Part shown: positions 39,983 through 53,830 of the stretch, one piece after another
Layout: every line of letters starts with the position of its first letter
Position numbering within the stretch: position 1 is the first letter of the stretch
DNA from: Eledone cirrhosa
Lineage: Eukaryota
NCBI GenBank assembly: GCA_964016885.1
Contig: OZ024741.1
Location: forward strand, 139,872,001 to 139,936,000
DNA length: 64,000 bases
Reading direction: 5' to 3'
Notes under the pieces: model-generated
Seen by the model: the letters and a program-made list of their open reading frames with translations, nothing else
What the model was told of the DNA's origin: nothing
Databases searched by the model: none
Made by a program: the position numbers and the translations under genes

Positions 39983-41191
39983 TATATATTATATTATATT
40001 ATATTATATATATATATATATATATAGTGAGAGAGAGGGGAGGGGTCCTTTTCCGAGGGGGGCCGGAGAGAAATCAATGTTAAATAAGGTACTTAATATT
40101 TTAATAAATATTGCTCCGTGATAGTTGCTGAATATATTCCGTAGGGCCATAACTCAATCCATAGAGTTAGAAGTGTTTCAATTCCAACAAATATCCTTAA
40201 TCAAACGAAAAGTATGTTTTAGTTACCTGAAGGGATTCAAATTTAACCTTCTGTATTTACCACTACTAAATATATGTAAGTTTTGTATCAAATAAAAGTA
40301 ATCAAAGGGATTTCGAACCACTTAATATAGAAGCCTTCTTAAATGCCTATGACTATCATTCCGTAAGAACATTCATTGTTACAGATATAATACTCCTGAG
40401 AAAGCTATAAATGCTCCTATATTGTAGTTTGCTTGGTTGAATAAACTAGTAAGCTTTGTCTCGGTTTCAGGAATCAATAATTTCTGGAATATAATGGCAG
40501 TACACGGTGCACAAGACTATCATCGAAAAAGGAAAGTGCTATAGTTGATTGATTCAATTACACTAAATTGATTGTTATTGTCGTAGAGACTACGGAGGTA
40601 GGAAATGCAAAATCGGCACTAATGATCAGCTCTACCAACGTACACATGCAGAGACTCACAAAGGCGCTTATAAATGTATATGTGTTGACGTGAGTATGTG
40701 TATGAATGTATGTGTATGAATGTATGTACGTATATATGCATGTAGCTATGGTCGGTGAAGTGAATAACGCATATGACCATACAAATGGAAATTTACATCT
40801 CGTTTGGATTTTTCTCTGAAGAGAACACATAGGTCAGTTGTTATACCTCTGCTTTTCGTCTTTGAAAAACAAAGAAATAAAAAAAAACTAACTTCTTGTT
40901 TATAAACACCGTATGAACAAAAACCGTGGCATGCTTTACATCTGTTAAGAAAAGTCGGCAGATTTTCGATGAAACAACCTTCTTCAATTGAATAAATAAA
41001 TATATATATACAGTGCCCAAATCTATTCATAAAGCACCTAAGGCATCTATTGCCATGCCCAATTTGCATAAAATAAAAGATGTTAAATATTATTTTAATA
41101 ATACATGACAAATATTTTTTTTTTATTATTGAGAATATCTAGATTCAGTGAGCAATAACGAAAATAATAGAAAAAGTATTCTACGAAAATA

Positions 41192-41383
41192 CTTGTCTAC
41201 AATAGGCACAGGGTCAGCAATTATCCCAGTTTATTACTGGTACTTTATTTTATCGACCCCCGTTAGAATGAAAGGCAAAGTTAACCTCGACGGGATTTGA
41301 ACTCGGAATTGCAAGGGCCGTAACTCTATGCGTCAAAGCATGGCATCCGACCCTCTACCGATACTGCCAATTCACCGCCCTTC
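41192..41383 (-). mobile_element. Full-length tRNA-derived SINE with a 15-bp TSD
   Basis: A-box TGGCAGTATCGG and B-box GAGTTCAAATC. TSD TATTCTACGAAAATA at 41177-41191 and 41384-41398. Confidence 0.9.
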
Positions 41384-41464
41384 TATTCTACGAAAATAAT
41401 AAAACATTTACAGAACATCAGTATATAGAATGTTTTAAACATTTTCTTTATAGCATATAAGAAG

Positions 41465-42060
41465 AATACTCAGGAACAACCTACATAGAATTGATCATGT
41501 GAGAGACAGCCCACTTCTAGATGGAGGCAGACAACCTGCAGTGTTTAACCATGAGACTTGTTATTGGTCAATGCGCAACTGACTCTCACTGGGAATTGAA
41601 TTGTTTGAAACAAAGAGGGGACATTTGTTGGTATTAACAGTGTTCTGATGTCTCCATTACACATCCAGTAAGGAGCTAGGCTTTGATATTGTGAGGCTTT
41701 AATTCAGTTACAACCATGCCCGTCCATTGCAAAGTAATGGCTGATCCTGGTTTCTGAGAAGCGTGATGACTGTGCCCTTCTTCAATTCAAGGTTGTTTTG
41801 CAGCATCCGTGATGATTCCAGACTGTTATGAAATTCAATGGGATAATGAGCAGCATTATCCTGGTCGACAACTTTGTCGATAGATTTATAGGTCTGGCTA
41901 CCTCCAGGATCATTTGTGAGAAATGTGTGTTAAATGCATTCACTGTCATATTTATGTGGGCAATAATTGCTCTTTCACACAGCCACTCCTCATAGGTTTC
42001 AAAATTAATGTACACTTGATTAATCAAATTTACAACGCTTTCCAAAACCGTGCAAAGTAA
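41465..42060 (-). pseudogene. Helitron Pif1-like helicase C-terminal remnant
   Basis: WLCERAIIA..N, YKSIDKVVDQDNAAHYPIEFHNSLE..LKKG..LLRN..LCNG and IQFPVRVSCALTNNKSHG*TL..SHDQFYVGCS match Pif1/RepHel motifs. Stops and frameshifts present. A Helitron-like 5' end is possible near 42750. Confidence 0.85.
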
Positions 42061-43390
42061 TGAAGGATGCTAAAACCTCCAGTATAAAGCGATTGCTTTT
42101 GTATAAATTTAAACGGTTGAAAATTGTTTATCTGTAACTCCGGGGCTCCTCCTACCTTCTCTCCTCTGTTTTTTCTCTAAGGCTGTAAAATATTTTCGAA
42201 AAAGAAAGCGATTACGAGCGTTTCAAGGTGAGATTATTTGAAAAAACGCGAAAGAAATCTGTAGGCTTTTTCTATAAATTTAATCGTTTGAGAGGTGTCT
42301 AACTGTAACTCCGAGGATCCTCCTCATTCCCTGTCTCCGTTACCGGAAAAAAGGAATCATTTGCCAGTGAATCGTCTATCAGATTGGTCTACAACAAACA
42401 GAAAACCTAGAAAACATAAAACTTTCTAATGAAGAAATCTGTGAAGCTGGGAATAACCGAACGTCAACAACTGACCCCCTTCTACTGCTGATATATCGAC
42501 CATGTTAATTGTTAGACACCTCGCCGGCGTAGCGTAAATATGACAACATCAGAACCATTATTGATTTATTTGCACACATACATTATGGGTTCCAAACTGC
42601 TCCCCCAACTTCATTTTTCGGGATAGAATAGGTGATTGTGACGTTCTCTGAGGTCAGAATAGTTGAAAAGCCTTAATTATTATCAATTTTATTTAGCGTC
42701 ATTAGATGTCAATATACAAACAAACAAATTTCCTTTTTATAAGCGATAATTATTTAAGGACATAAAGTAACATACACACAAACAACAAACATCTCTTTTC
42801 TCTCTTTCTCACTGTATTTCTCTCTGAACAAAAACAAAAACAACACCAACAATAACCTGTCTTTATACTGAAAGTTTCTTTTAAGTCTCTGTTCTATTGT
42901 TGGACATACACACACACACATTCACGCACAAAAGAACCAACCATATTCATTTCGTTCGTTTGCACATTACGTTTTAGTTAGTTATAGGGGGGTGGAAGGT
43001 TGAGTAGTATTTCAATCTATATATACAGATAGGAGGACGGGCGGACGAAGAGACAGACACAGGTGCTGTTATAGTATAGATTATAGACAAATTTCTGCTA
43101 GAAAGAGCAGTAAATTCTCCTTCACTTCGCCACCACATCATTCCGTTTTCGGAGAAAAATGTTGATGGTGATCATGTCTGAGGTCAGATTAGTTGAAAAC
43201 CCAACAATCCGCTTTACTGTTAATAGCGCTCTATGTACAAAGATATGTACGTTTTAATATAGGTATATTTTGTTATAATTTTGAAGGGTCATACAGCCAG
43301 TAAAAACACACGCCCCAGCTTAAGTTTCCTTTTATTAGTCGGGTAACTAACCCATTCATCGGTTACTATATTAACCGGGTTGTTGTTTTA

Positions 43391-43439
43391 GTAATCAAAT
43401 CTCTTTCGGTACACAACTTGTGATCTTCTCAATGATTAC
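43391..43439 (-). ncRNA. Minimal hammerhead motif with U3-A8 core (unrelated to family A)
   Basis: rc: gtaatca TTGAGAA gat-caca-agt-tgtg-tacc GAAA gaga TT tgattac. Perfect 7-bp stem I. Confidence 0.6.
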
Positions 43440-44617
43440 CGTTGCTCTTCAGCGTCTTCTCTTTATTATGACCCTATTCAGTTTCCTCTCTCTTCTCAGT
43501 TTGAAGCGAGTATGTTGTCTACGCATGCGTGTACGTCTGTGTATGTGTGTAATGTTGTGTGTTGCTTCATTGAGTTTCTCCACTATGATTTTGTGTGTAA
43601 GTGTTGTTTTCGTCTCTTGTCTCTCTCCTCCGTACCCGGATAATTGTTCTTCCATTTTGTACGTAGCATTATGTCGCGCTAGCGCTCTTAAAGTTTAAGA
43701 AACACTATAACAATGTGACATCTTTCCAAAAACCGGGAAAAAGAAACAAAATGAAACTCGCCTGTCGTGTGTTAAACGTTAAGGATAAATCTTCTGATAA
43801 CAACATCAACTGGAGAAGTTTGGAATATGTAGTGTTGAGAGATGGCTTATATGGAAAACTTCTCTTCACTTAATCTCATGAGAAATATACGTTATGTCCT
43901 CGTATTACAAAATATATGCTCCAGCTTTGCGCACCAAAATAGCCAGTTACACGCAAACGGCCACAAACAAGACAACACATATCGCGGCTATAGAAGAACC
44001 AGAGCAACACCAACGTATCTTAAACTTGTGCCAAACTGTGTGAAAATTACTGCCATTGGTATTTATCGCCCCCTAGACCGATGTATATGATGGTTATTCA
44101 GTGTTGTAAAAATAAAAACGACGAATGTACAAAGCTGTATATATGTATTTTACTTCCCATTGAATATGTATTCTGGATATTCTCTTTCGAACAAATATGA
44201 TGGATGACTCTTGTGAGAAGTTGTTTTTTTCTACAATTTTTATTTTCAATATTCTCTTAGTTTATTTTAATTTTATCTCGCATTGCGGTTCAATGTTTTA
44301 GGATATTATATTTCATATCTTAATAGAGTTATATTTTTGTTCATACTTCTATATTGGTAATCTGTTTTATGATATATAGACATAACAGTCAGGCATATTG
44401 TCATACAAATAAAAGAGCAAATCATCTTAATCAATCATCGGAATGCATATCTAGTAACATTTCATCAACCCATGGCTCTAATGTATTTTTTGCTAGTGAA
44501 AATTAAAATTTATAAATATTTGAAATTATATAAATTGAAATCATACAGAATTGAATAATAATATGAAACTATTTGAAAATTGGTTTTCAAAAACGCTATA
44601 AAAAATAGCGGAAATTA

Positions 44618-45150
44618 AATATCATAAAACAATTAAATGAATACTTAGAGAGTTCGTGTAAAATGAAAACTAAGAAATATTTATGACCCGTTACAGACAA
44701 TCATATTTTTGAAATTATATATATTCATCGGAATGAATTTTAGTGAAAATATGTACATATACCTGACACACAATCATGCAAGTACGCACACAAACACACA
44801 AACATACACATACTCATATATATATATATTTATATATGCATATATATGATTTCTCCCGAATGAAACAGTTCTAGTCCTCTAGAAGCCATTTCAATATTAA
44901 ATATTTATAGCCTGCTATGTATTGAACACCTTACTTACTGTGGTTTCCCCTGATTGAACTCAGGATAAACATTTATTCATATATATATATATATATATAT
45001 ATATCACATAAGAAACGAGAATGAGTGGTGCGAGTGGTGCGACGAATAAAATTTATTCGACATATTACAATCGTTCCTCTGGCGAGCACATATATATATA
45101 TATGTGTGGGGGGGGGGTGTATGTGTGTGTTTGTGTGTGTATTTATATAT

Positions 45151-45199
<49 letters not shown>

Positions 45200-45274
45200 C
45201 CTATATATATATATATACATGTATATATGCATATATATATATACATCTATATATATATACATATATATATATAT

Positions 45275-45328
<54 letters not shown>

Positions 45329-45780
45329 TATATATATATCTATTGTAATATGTCGAATAAATCTTATTCGTCGCACCACTCATTCTCGTTTCTTATGTGA
45401 TATATATATATATATATATGAATAAATGTTTATCCTGGGTTCAATCAGGGGAAACCACAGTAAGTAAGGTGTTCAATACATAGCAGGCTATAAATATTTA
45501 ATATTGAAATGGCTTCTAGAGGACTAGAACTGTTTCATTCGGGAGAAATCATATATATACATATATAAATATATATATATATGAGTATGTGTATGTTTGT
45601 GTGTTTGTGTGCGTACTTGCATGATTGTGTGTCAGGTATATGTACATATTTTCACTAAAATTCATTCCGATGAATATATATAATTTCAAAAATATGATTG
45701 TCTGTAACGGGTCATAAATATTTCATAGTTTTCATTTTACACGAACTCTCTAAGTATTCATTTAATCGTTTTATGATATA
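44618..45780. repeat. Near-perfect ~450-bp inverted duplication around a microsatellite spacer
   Basis: 44618-45071 and 45342-45780 are reverse complements with few differences. Each arm contains a family-D terminus with a 5'-clipped HHR. Confidence 0.92.
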
Positions 45781-46189
45781 TAAATATACGTGTGTTTAAT
45801 GGTAGCTATGGTGCTTCCATAGGCGGTATGACAAAATTAGCACTCAATATTCTTGCAGAGCAGAGTGTGAATAGTATAAATAAACGAAAAATCAGTAATG
45901 CATCTGGACTCAGTTTATTGCGTGTTACAATTGTTTCGCCGGCGGGTAGCTCGAGACATGATCACTGTATGGATCTGACTGCTGGTACCGTCAGACACAT
46001 GCAATTCTTTCGGAGCAAATTTTCTCACTGGGCTCCTGTCATTGAAAACACCTTCAAAAAATATATTCCACTCTTATTATGCCATTGGCTGTTGTTTTTT
46101 TCTACGTCATCCTAAATTCTGGTCACTATTTACTGCTTCACACTTCAATCGAGCCATGCTGGGTTTGGTATCTCACACGTCTGTTCACG

Positions 46190-47283
46190 CTCCCGAGTAT
46201 GTACCAACATATACATACACACACACAAATACACACACCCATACATACACACATGCACAGGCACATCCACATGCATGCATACACATATGTACGCAAACAT
46301 GTTTAGACACACATATATACACACACACACTCTCCCTCTATTACACATACCCAAGCACACCCATACCCATACACCAACTGTCTGTTGGCGCCTGCCTATA
46401 CAGCCCCTTACATCCGGTCCCACACGTACGCACACGCGCACACACGGGCAGACACACACGTACACGCATACAGAGACACATATCGGCGTTCGGGCACATC
46501 TGCACATATATACACAAACACTCTCAGACACATACATAGACACACACACGTACATACCCGCATATCCTTATGGATAGGCATCAAGAACAGACACATTCCA
46601 AAGACATAATCCCACATACACACACAGACTCAGACCTGTACATATATCTATACACAAGTACATGTATCCGCATATAAACATATAGAAAACCGTGTCCTAT
46701 GTGGGTGTACGTAGGCGTCCCCACACACCCACTGACAGATACACACACCATATATACATATATAGATGTGTGTGTACATAGACACACACACATACCGACG
46801 CATACAGACACACACACATACTCATATACATATGTGAATACATATACATATATATATACATATATATGCACACATACACATACATACTTATACACACATA
46901 TGTCTATATTTGTACATACACACACACATACATACACATAGAATCAGACATATGCACACACATATGCACATACATATACCTACGCATATCCATATATACA
47001 CATATATATATATATATATATATACATACACATACATACATATGTACACATACATACACATAAATACATACAAACACACATACACACACATATATATAAA
47101 ACTCTACATGCGTACACATACCCACATATACATATATATACATACGCACACAGACACACACATGCACACACATGCACATATGCATATGTGCTTACACATA
47201 TACATATATAAAGAAAACCGTAAAATAAATATGCAATATACAGTAAAAATGCAATATACAATAAAATAACAATATAGTATACA

Positions 47284-47330
<47 letters not shown>
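46190..47330. repeat. Degenerate (CA/TA)n low-complexity region
   Basis: Seen directly; source of many spurious H/T/Y/C/V ORFs. Confidence 0.9.
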
Positions 47331-47347
47331 GATATATGATAAAATAA

Positions 47348-48292
47348 TCTCTATATATAAAACTGTGGTTGTCTGTCTGTCTATCGATTTTTGGCACACA
47401 TCCCCTCTTAGAATCTCTCACGGAATTGCACCGAAATTGCTATACTTGTACATTGAGCCCTAGCGAAGATATCGGAAAAAAAATATTTCAAATTGACCCG
47501 CCCTATGTGACGAAATCGAATATAATATATCGATTTTTGAGCGTAAGTTATCAGTTATTTCCCTTTGTTCTGTTTACATTGAGCGTCTTACGTAAAAAAT
47601 TACGCTGGCTTTCTCAGCGTTTAAAATGACATAGCAAAATATTGACCTGCAAAATTCATCAGTTCGAACACCAGGCTTCCGTTTTGCTTCATTTCCATTT
47701 AAAAGCATTTTAAAACAATATTTTTACTTGAAAACAAGTCTATTTAAAGACTACGTAAAACAAGCAAATATTTCGTCGTTAGGCGTGCAGACAGACAGTC
47801 GTGCAGACAGACAGTCGTGCAGAGAGGTGATATACGCGTGCAGACAGACAGTCGTGCAGAGAGGTGATATAGGCGTGTAGACAGACAGTCGTGCAGAGAG
47901 GTGATATAGGCGTGCAGACAGATAGTCGTGCAGAGAGGTGATATAGGCGTGCAGACAGATAGTCGTGCAGAGAGGTGATATAGGCGTGCAGACAGACATA
48001 ACTGATAATTTGGTTACGCTAATGTTTGCAGTGTTTACATTTTCGATCTTTGTTAATAAATAACCAGTGCAGTTTCTATCCCCAGCAACCTCTTTTGTTA
48101 TAACATTCGGGTTATCGTTATGTTTTCTTAACTTCATAAGGCATATTGTTGGTTGAGGGAATATTAATCAAAAACACCACATGCAAGTCTGCACAGTAGA
48201 CACTACAGTTTTTAAGCCAAGAAAGAAACTTAACATTGTAACTTTAACACAGCTACTGAGCGGCCCCGAGCAACGCCGGGCTTTACTGCTAG
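47348..48292 (+). mobile_element. Complete non-autonomous Helitron
   Basis: A|TC 5' end, subterminal hairpin CCCG-AGCAACGC-CGGG and CTAG|T 3' end (AT target, no TSD). Confidence 0.85.
47781..47998. repeat. 37-bp minisatellite (~5.5 copies) inside the Helitron
   Basis: Unit AGGCGTGCAGACAGAYAGTCGTGCAGAGAGGTGATAT; period measured from 47871 to 47908. Confidence 0.95.
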
Positions 48293-48421
48293 TATATAAT
48301 AAAATGAATATATAATCATCCGGACACATTCCTGTGAGATGTACACATATATATATACATAAACATACACATAGACACACACACACATATATATATACAC
48401 ACACACATACTCATACACAGC

Positions 48422-48453
<32 letters not shown>

Positions 48454-48811
48454 CATACACTCACATATGTACCCACATGTACAAGAACGCACACACATAT
48501 AAAATGACGCATATACGTACACATATACACATACACACCCACAAACACATGTATATATCTCTCTGCACACACACACACATTCACATACATACGCACAGGT
48601 CTACATATAAACACGCATATAAAAAACATTAAGATAATAAAATAAAATAAATTTACAATATGTTAAAATACATTAAAATATGTATATAACTTCACAGAGA
48701 GATATATAAAAAAAGAGTGGGGGTAAAGGAGAAGCTACGTCTATTCATGTCATATATTACACACAGGTGGCATGAAGTGCAAACTTAGGTCCGTGTATGG
48801 AACAAACAAAA

Positions 48812-49005
48812 ATAACAATAATAATAAGTGTTTCTACTTTAGGCACAAGGCCAGCAATTAACCAGTACATTACTGGTACTTTATTTTATCGACCCCGTAA
48901 GGATGAAAGGCTAGGTTAACCTCGGCGGGATTTGAACTCAGACCGCAAAGGGACGTAACTATGCTGGAAAGCATGGCGTCCGACCCTCTACCGATACTGC
49001 CAATC
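48812..49005 (-). mobile_element. tRNA-derived SINE
   Basis: Same family as 3657-3840. Confidence 0.88.
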
Positions 49006-49728
49006 CAATTATACTTGTTCCAAAGTGGAACATGTGGAGACTATATATTCACGATTGACGGGGTACACACTCATGGGGACGCTTGGCCCGGTCACCTTGG
49101 GGTATGTCACTGTGGCCGGGGTGTGATGTTCTATATGTTTGGGGTATTTGACTGAACGACTTGTCAAGCTATTTAAACGTATGTTATTACTCTGAGCTCC
49201 TATCTTATCGAGTGCTTTGCTGACTCATCATTTCATGTAAGTAGGCCGAATTTACTTGCAAACCGCCAGAGATTCGATTTTACTGATTTCCAATTATATT
49301 ATTCTCCTAGATTTAATAATTAACTAATTAATTTAATTAGACAATTCTGTTGATTGGTTAATATATATATATATATATATACAAATATATATATACAAAT
49401 ATATATATACAAATAAATATATATATATATACAAATATATAAAATAGTTATAGTTAAATAACTGGGCATTGAGTATGACATTTAGTAGTGCATGATAATA
49501 TGAAGAGATACCTTGTACTCACAGCAATACAAACATCAGGGTGAGCAATTTATACAATTATTGTAAAGAATAAAAGACAGGACGCTTAGTTTATTGTATG
49601 TGATAGAAATATGGTTTCAAGGAATGCATTAACAATACCCATATGCTTTCCGAAAGAAAACTGTTTATAAAGCAGTAATTTATTGCGTTCAATTTATAAT
49701 ATTATGTTTCTTAAATATAATAGATTCT

Positions 49729-49878
49729 TGCTTTCCAGCATAGTTACGTCCCTTTACGATCTGAGTTCAAATCTCGCCGAGGTTGACTTTGCCTTTCATC
49801 CTTACGGGGTCGATAAAATAAAGTACCAGTAATGCACTGGGTAATTGCTGGCCTTGTGCCTAAAGTAGAAACAGTTAT
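49729..49878 (+). mobile_element. tRNA-derived SINE (5'-truncated), inverted relative to 48812-49005
   Basis: GAGTTCAAATCTCGCCGAGGTTGACTTTGCCTTTCATCCTTACGGGGTCGATAAAATAAAGTACCAG. Confidence 0.88.
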
Positions 49879-52456
49879 ATTATATCGCCATTCTTTATAG
49901 AGGAACAGATTTCTATTAATCAAAATACTACACAATTTCTTGAAGAGCCGTAATAAAATGTCAATCCACAGATTGTAATTTTCATTATGTTATGTTACTA
50001 CCTCAATATATCTGTATCTTGTTTTATATTTGTAGAATGTGTAGCTTACAATGGGTTTAGATCAACATCTGTAACATAGTTTCAATATTGAAAATGTGTA
50101 TGATCCCTTTATATCTTTAAGGACATGATGTGTTTGCTAATGCTAATGCATCATAAGAAATAACCTATTAATAATAGATAAATATGACAACACTGTAGAA
50201 TTCAATCAAATTTATTTAACCACATATTTCTTCAGTCTATATTCTCCGCATAAATCTCTTTAATCTGAGAGTGCCTATAAATTATACCATATATCTCCGT
50301 CTAATATGACTAATATATACAACGCTATGTATCTCCGGGATTTTTCCCTGGGAGCTACAAATACATCTGACATTCCACCTTGGCGATTATTTATTAAATG
50401 TACGAGGTCAACATGAATAATAGTGATCTCTCTTCCATTGCACTTCCTGCATTGTCTAACAAACTAAAGAAAGCAAAATGCTAAATTATATTTTATTTAT
50501 TTAATGCTGAATACTCACGATCAGTATGGTGATAGTTTATTGAGGTGGTGAAGATATTAAATTGTAGTGATAGACAAAGATTAATCTACTTCTTGATGCT
50601 ATAAGTTATTATTAGTCTTCTACCTGGGAAGTTAAACTATTTGTAGTACTAATTGCTTTTAGTCGTTGACGTCGTGTCTATAAACTACTATGTATTTGCT
50701 TTTTTATAGACATATAGTTATTTGTCTATTCATGTGTTTTTCTTTACGCAGCAATTATAGATTAACGATCAAATAGGTTGTACAAAAGAAAAACTGCTAC
50801 AGTACAAAATAATGTTACATTATATATATAATACAATATATATGTGCTAATATTTAATCAGGAAACTACGAACTTCACCGAAAAGTAATGCATCGTTGTG
50901 TCTGTTGAATTGATTATTGCTGTTCTAACACTACATGTAACATCTAGTCGGGCATCACATGAAAGAGATAATGTACTTTAAATCTGTCTGTAACACACAA
51001 TTAATGGTATAATATGATGGACTCCTTTGATAAGTTTTTTTAGGATTTATTACCGCCAAACTACATTGATTATAATTGCAATTACGTAGTAAAAATTGGC
51101 TTTTCTATTAAAAGGCATGATTAGTGATACGATCTATCATTAAACGAATGGAGTTTTCATTTTATTTACGAGATTTTATGTTGTCGAATGAAAAAGAAAA
51201 CCGTCGATAAAATTTATCGCGTAATAAACCAATCATTCTATAATGACTGGTGTAAATATTTAAATATCATATGATTGTCACATATCGGCATGACAGCCCC
51301 ACAAACACCTCTTTCATCTGGCCTTTATTTATGTAACACCTTACAGCCACCTGAAGGCATACTTGGGAGAAATAAATGGATAGCAGAAATCATAAAATTA
51401 TTGTAGGTTAGTACAGGGCATATGAAATTATTAATTGATATCATTTTGAAAATATATGCTAGATATTACGTTCTCCGTTGCTTTCGACAATGATTGTTCA
51501 CAAGTCTTATCCTCGTAAGAGGCATCTCATTAAATTACGTGAAAGTGCCTGAGCATTCTACATGTGTACTCTTAACATACTTCACAAGGACATCCAACTC
51601 TACACAATGCTTGACAACACATGGCACTTGGTTTACTAGTACAACTAATTTTTTGTGTCAACTGAAATCGAATTCAATACATACGATCAGGACGTAAACA
51701 CACTAACTACTAAGTAATGCCCCTTCACGACTTTTAATACAGTTAGCGTTTATATGTATTACTATAAATACAAGGAAGTGGGAGATAATGAAACACAAGC
51801 ACCATTGTGCAATTTTTAATAATTGACGTGAGAATAAATAAGTTCTGTTTATACAGTGATGATACGATAGCCATTTCTCAAAAAGCTTTGAAATTAGTAG
51901 TTCTCTAGAAATAATATTATATGTTTTAGAAAACTGAATGTTTTATGGGATATCTGTTATTAATATAAACTTCACATTTAGCGCAATTTTAACTCTATGA
52001 TTGACTGATGTTAAGTTAACAAATAGCTACGCCTAATTTTTCTAACGATATAATAATTCGAACATATCTCATTATATTTGAAAATGTAACACAAAAACAA
52101 AATTGAAATAAAGCAGAAAGAAAACACATATATCATTTGTTGTTCATGAATTGCAATTTAATAACAGAGAGTTTTAATCAGAAAATGTTTTTGTTCTGTT
52201 CAATGCTGCAAAATATTAATAACAAGATGAAAGAAAGAGTAATTCCTTTCCAAACATATTTCAGGTATACACTGCCTGATGTTTCAAAGCATTTTACATG
52301 GAATGTAACAAAATATTATAACTGTTGCATGACTCTAAACAACATAATTGCGAATGTACATAATGTCTTAATATTTTTCTGAATAGCTGCTCTCTAGAAA
52401 AAGCAACATTTAAGTTCAATAACGAGATTGAAATGACGATATATATAAAATGTATA

Positions 52457-52513
<57 letters not shown>

Positions 52514-52584
52514 ATGTGCTTGTGTGTGTGTGCGTGTGTGAATGTGTGCGTGTGTATACATATATATATATATATCTGTATATC

Positions 52585-52633
<49 letters not shown>

Positions 52634-52665
52634 ATCTATATATTATATATAGATATATATATATG

Positions 52666-52743
<78 letters not shown>

Positions 52744-53287
52744 GTGTGTGTGCGTTGTGTGTGTGTGTGTGTGAGTTTGTGTGTATATATATATATATAC
52801 ACATCCTCATTTTAATCTCATTATGTATATTCATACACATTTACCATAATATCATACTTACTATAAAAACGTTCAAAACGAAAGTTGTCTTTCAATTAGA
52901 TATTAGTTGTTCAAACATACAGTATTTTGTTTGGCACTTGGTCTAATGTTATATTAAGTACTTTATCAAATGGCGTTGATGAAATGCAATTGAGTGAATT
53001 GTAAGGAATTTCATAATGAAGCCTGAAGGGAACATACATGAAAACATCAACAACGAAGTAATTCTACGTTAATGGTTGATAAAATGTATAGTGGGTGTAG
53101 TTCACTAATTTAACTGTTACGCTCTAGTTAATTTTCAAATGATAAAACTTAGTTTTCTGCCTTTGTTTGTGTTTGTGTTAGGTTTTTCATTTCTTTATCT
53201 ACGAAACATTAGTGAAACCATATCCTGTTCCATTGGCAGAATATATACATACATACATATATATACACATAAATATGCATATATATA

Positions 53288-53712
53288 CAAACAACCAACC
53301 AGTAACATGAAAATAAACAAATAAATAAACAAATATAAACATACACAGACACCCGGATGTAACACATGCGCAAACTAAGCACACAACACACACAAAAACT
53401 AGATGGCGTGGGACAGAACAAAGGAGAGGCACAAAAACAAAGAAAAGAATCCCCAGTCACTGAAGAGGTCACAGAACGTGTGACGAAAGAACTTTGACAA
53501 TATATAAACAATCATATGGTTGTGGAACCAACCAACCAACCAACCGGAAATTTATAAATTCCTAAATTTATAAATTTATTATAATAAATTGAAGTGAAAG
53601 CACCGGTGCGTGTGTTTCTTATTGGCAACATGACCCTCCCAAAGTATAACAATATCGGCTTCAACACACGTTTTCAGATAAAGAATCTTGCTAAACAAAT
53701 TCAGAAACGAAA
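53288..53712 (+). mobile_element. PLE family B 3' UTR/terminal repeat (solo)
   Basis: High-identity reverse complement of 16419-16845, ending at (TA)n. Confidence 0.9.
53456..53498 (+). ncRNA. Minimal type I hammerhead, family B
   Basis: gtca CTGAAGA g-gtcaca-gaacg-tgtgac GAAA gaac TT tgac. CUU site. Confidence 0.8.
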
Positions 53713-53722
53713 TATATATACA

Positions 53723-53830
<108 letters not shown>

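Noticed and set aside
47781-47998. Regular repeats resembling a CRISPR array
   Set aside because: Head-to-tail units without unique spacers, eukaryotic context and no cas genes.
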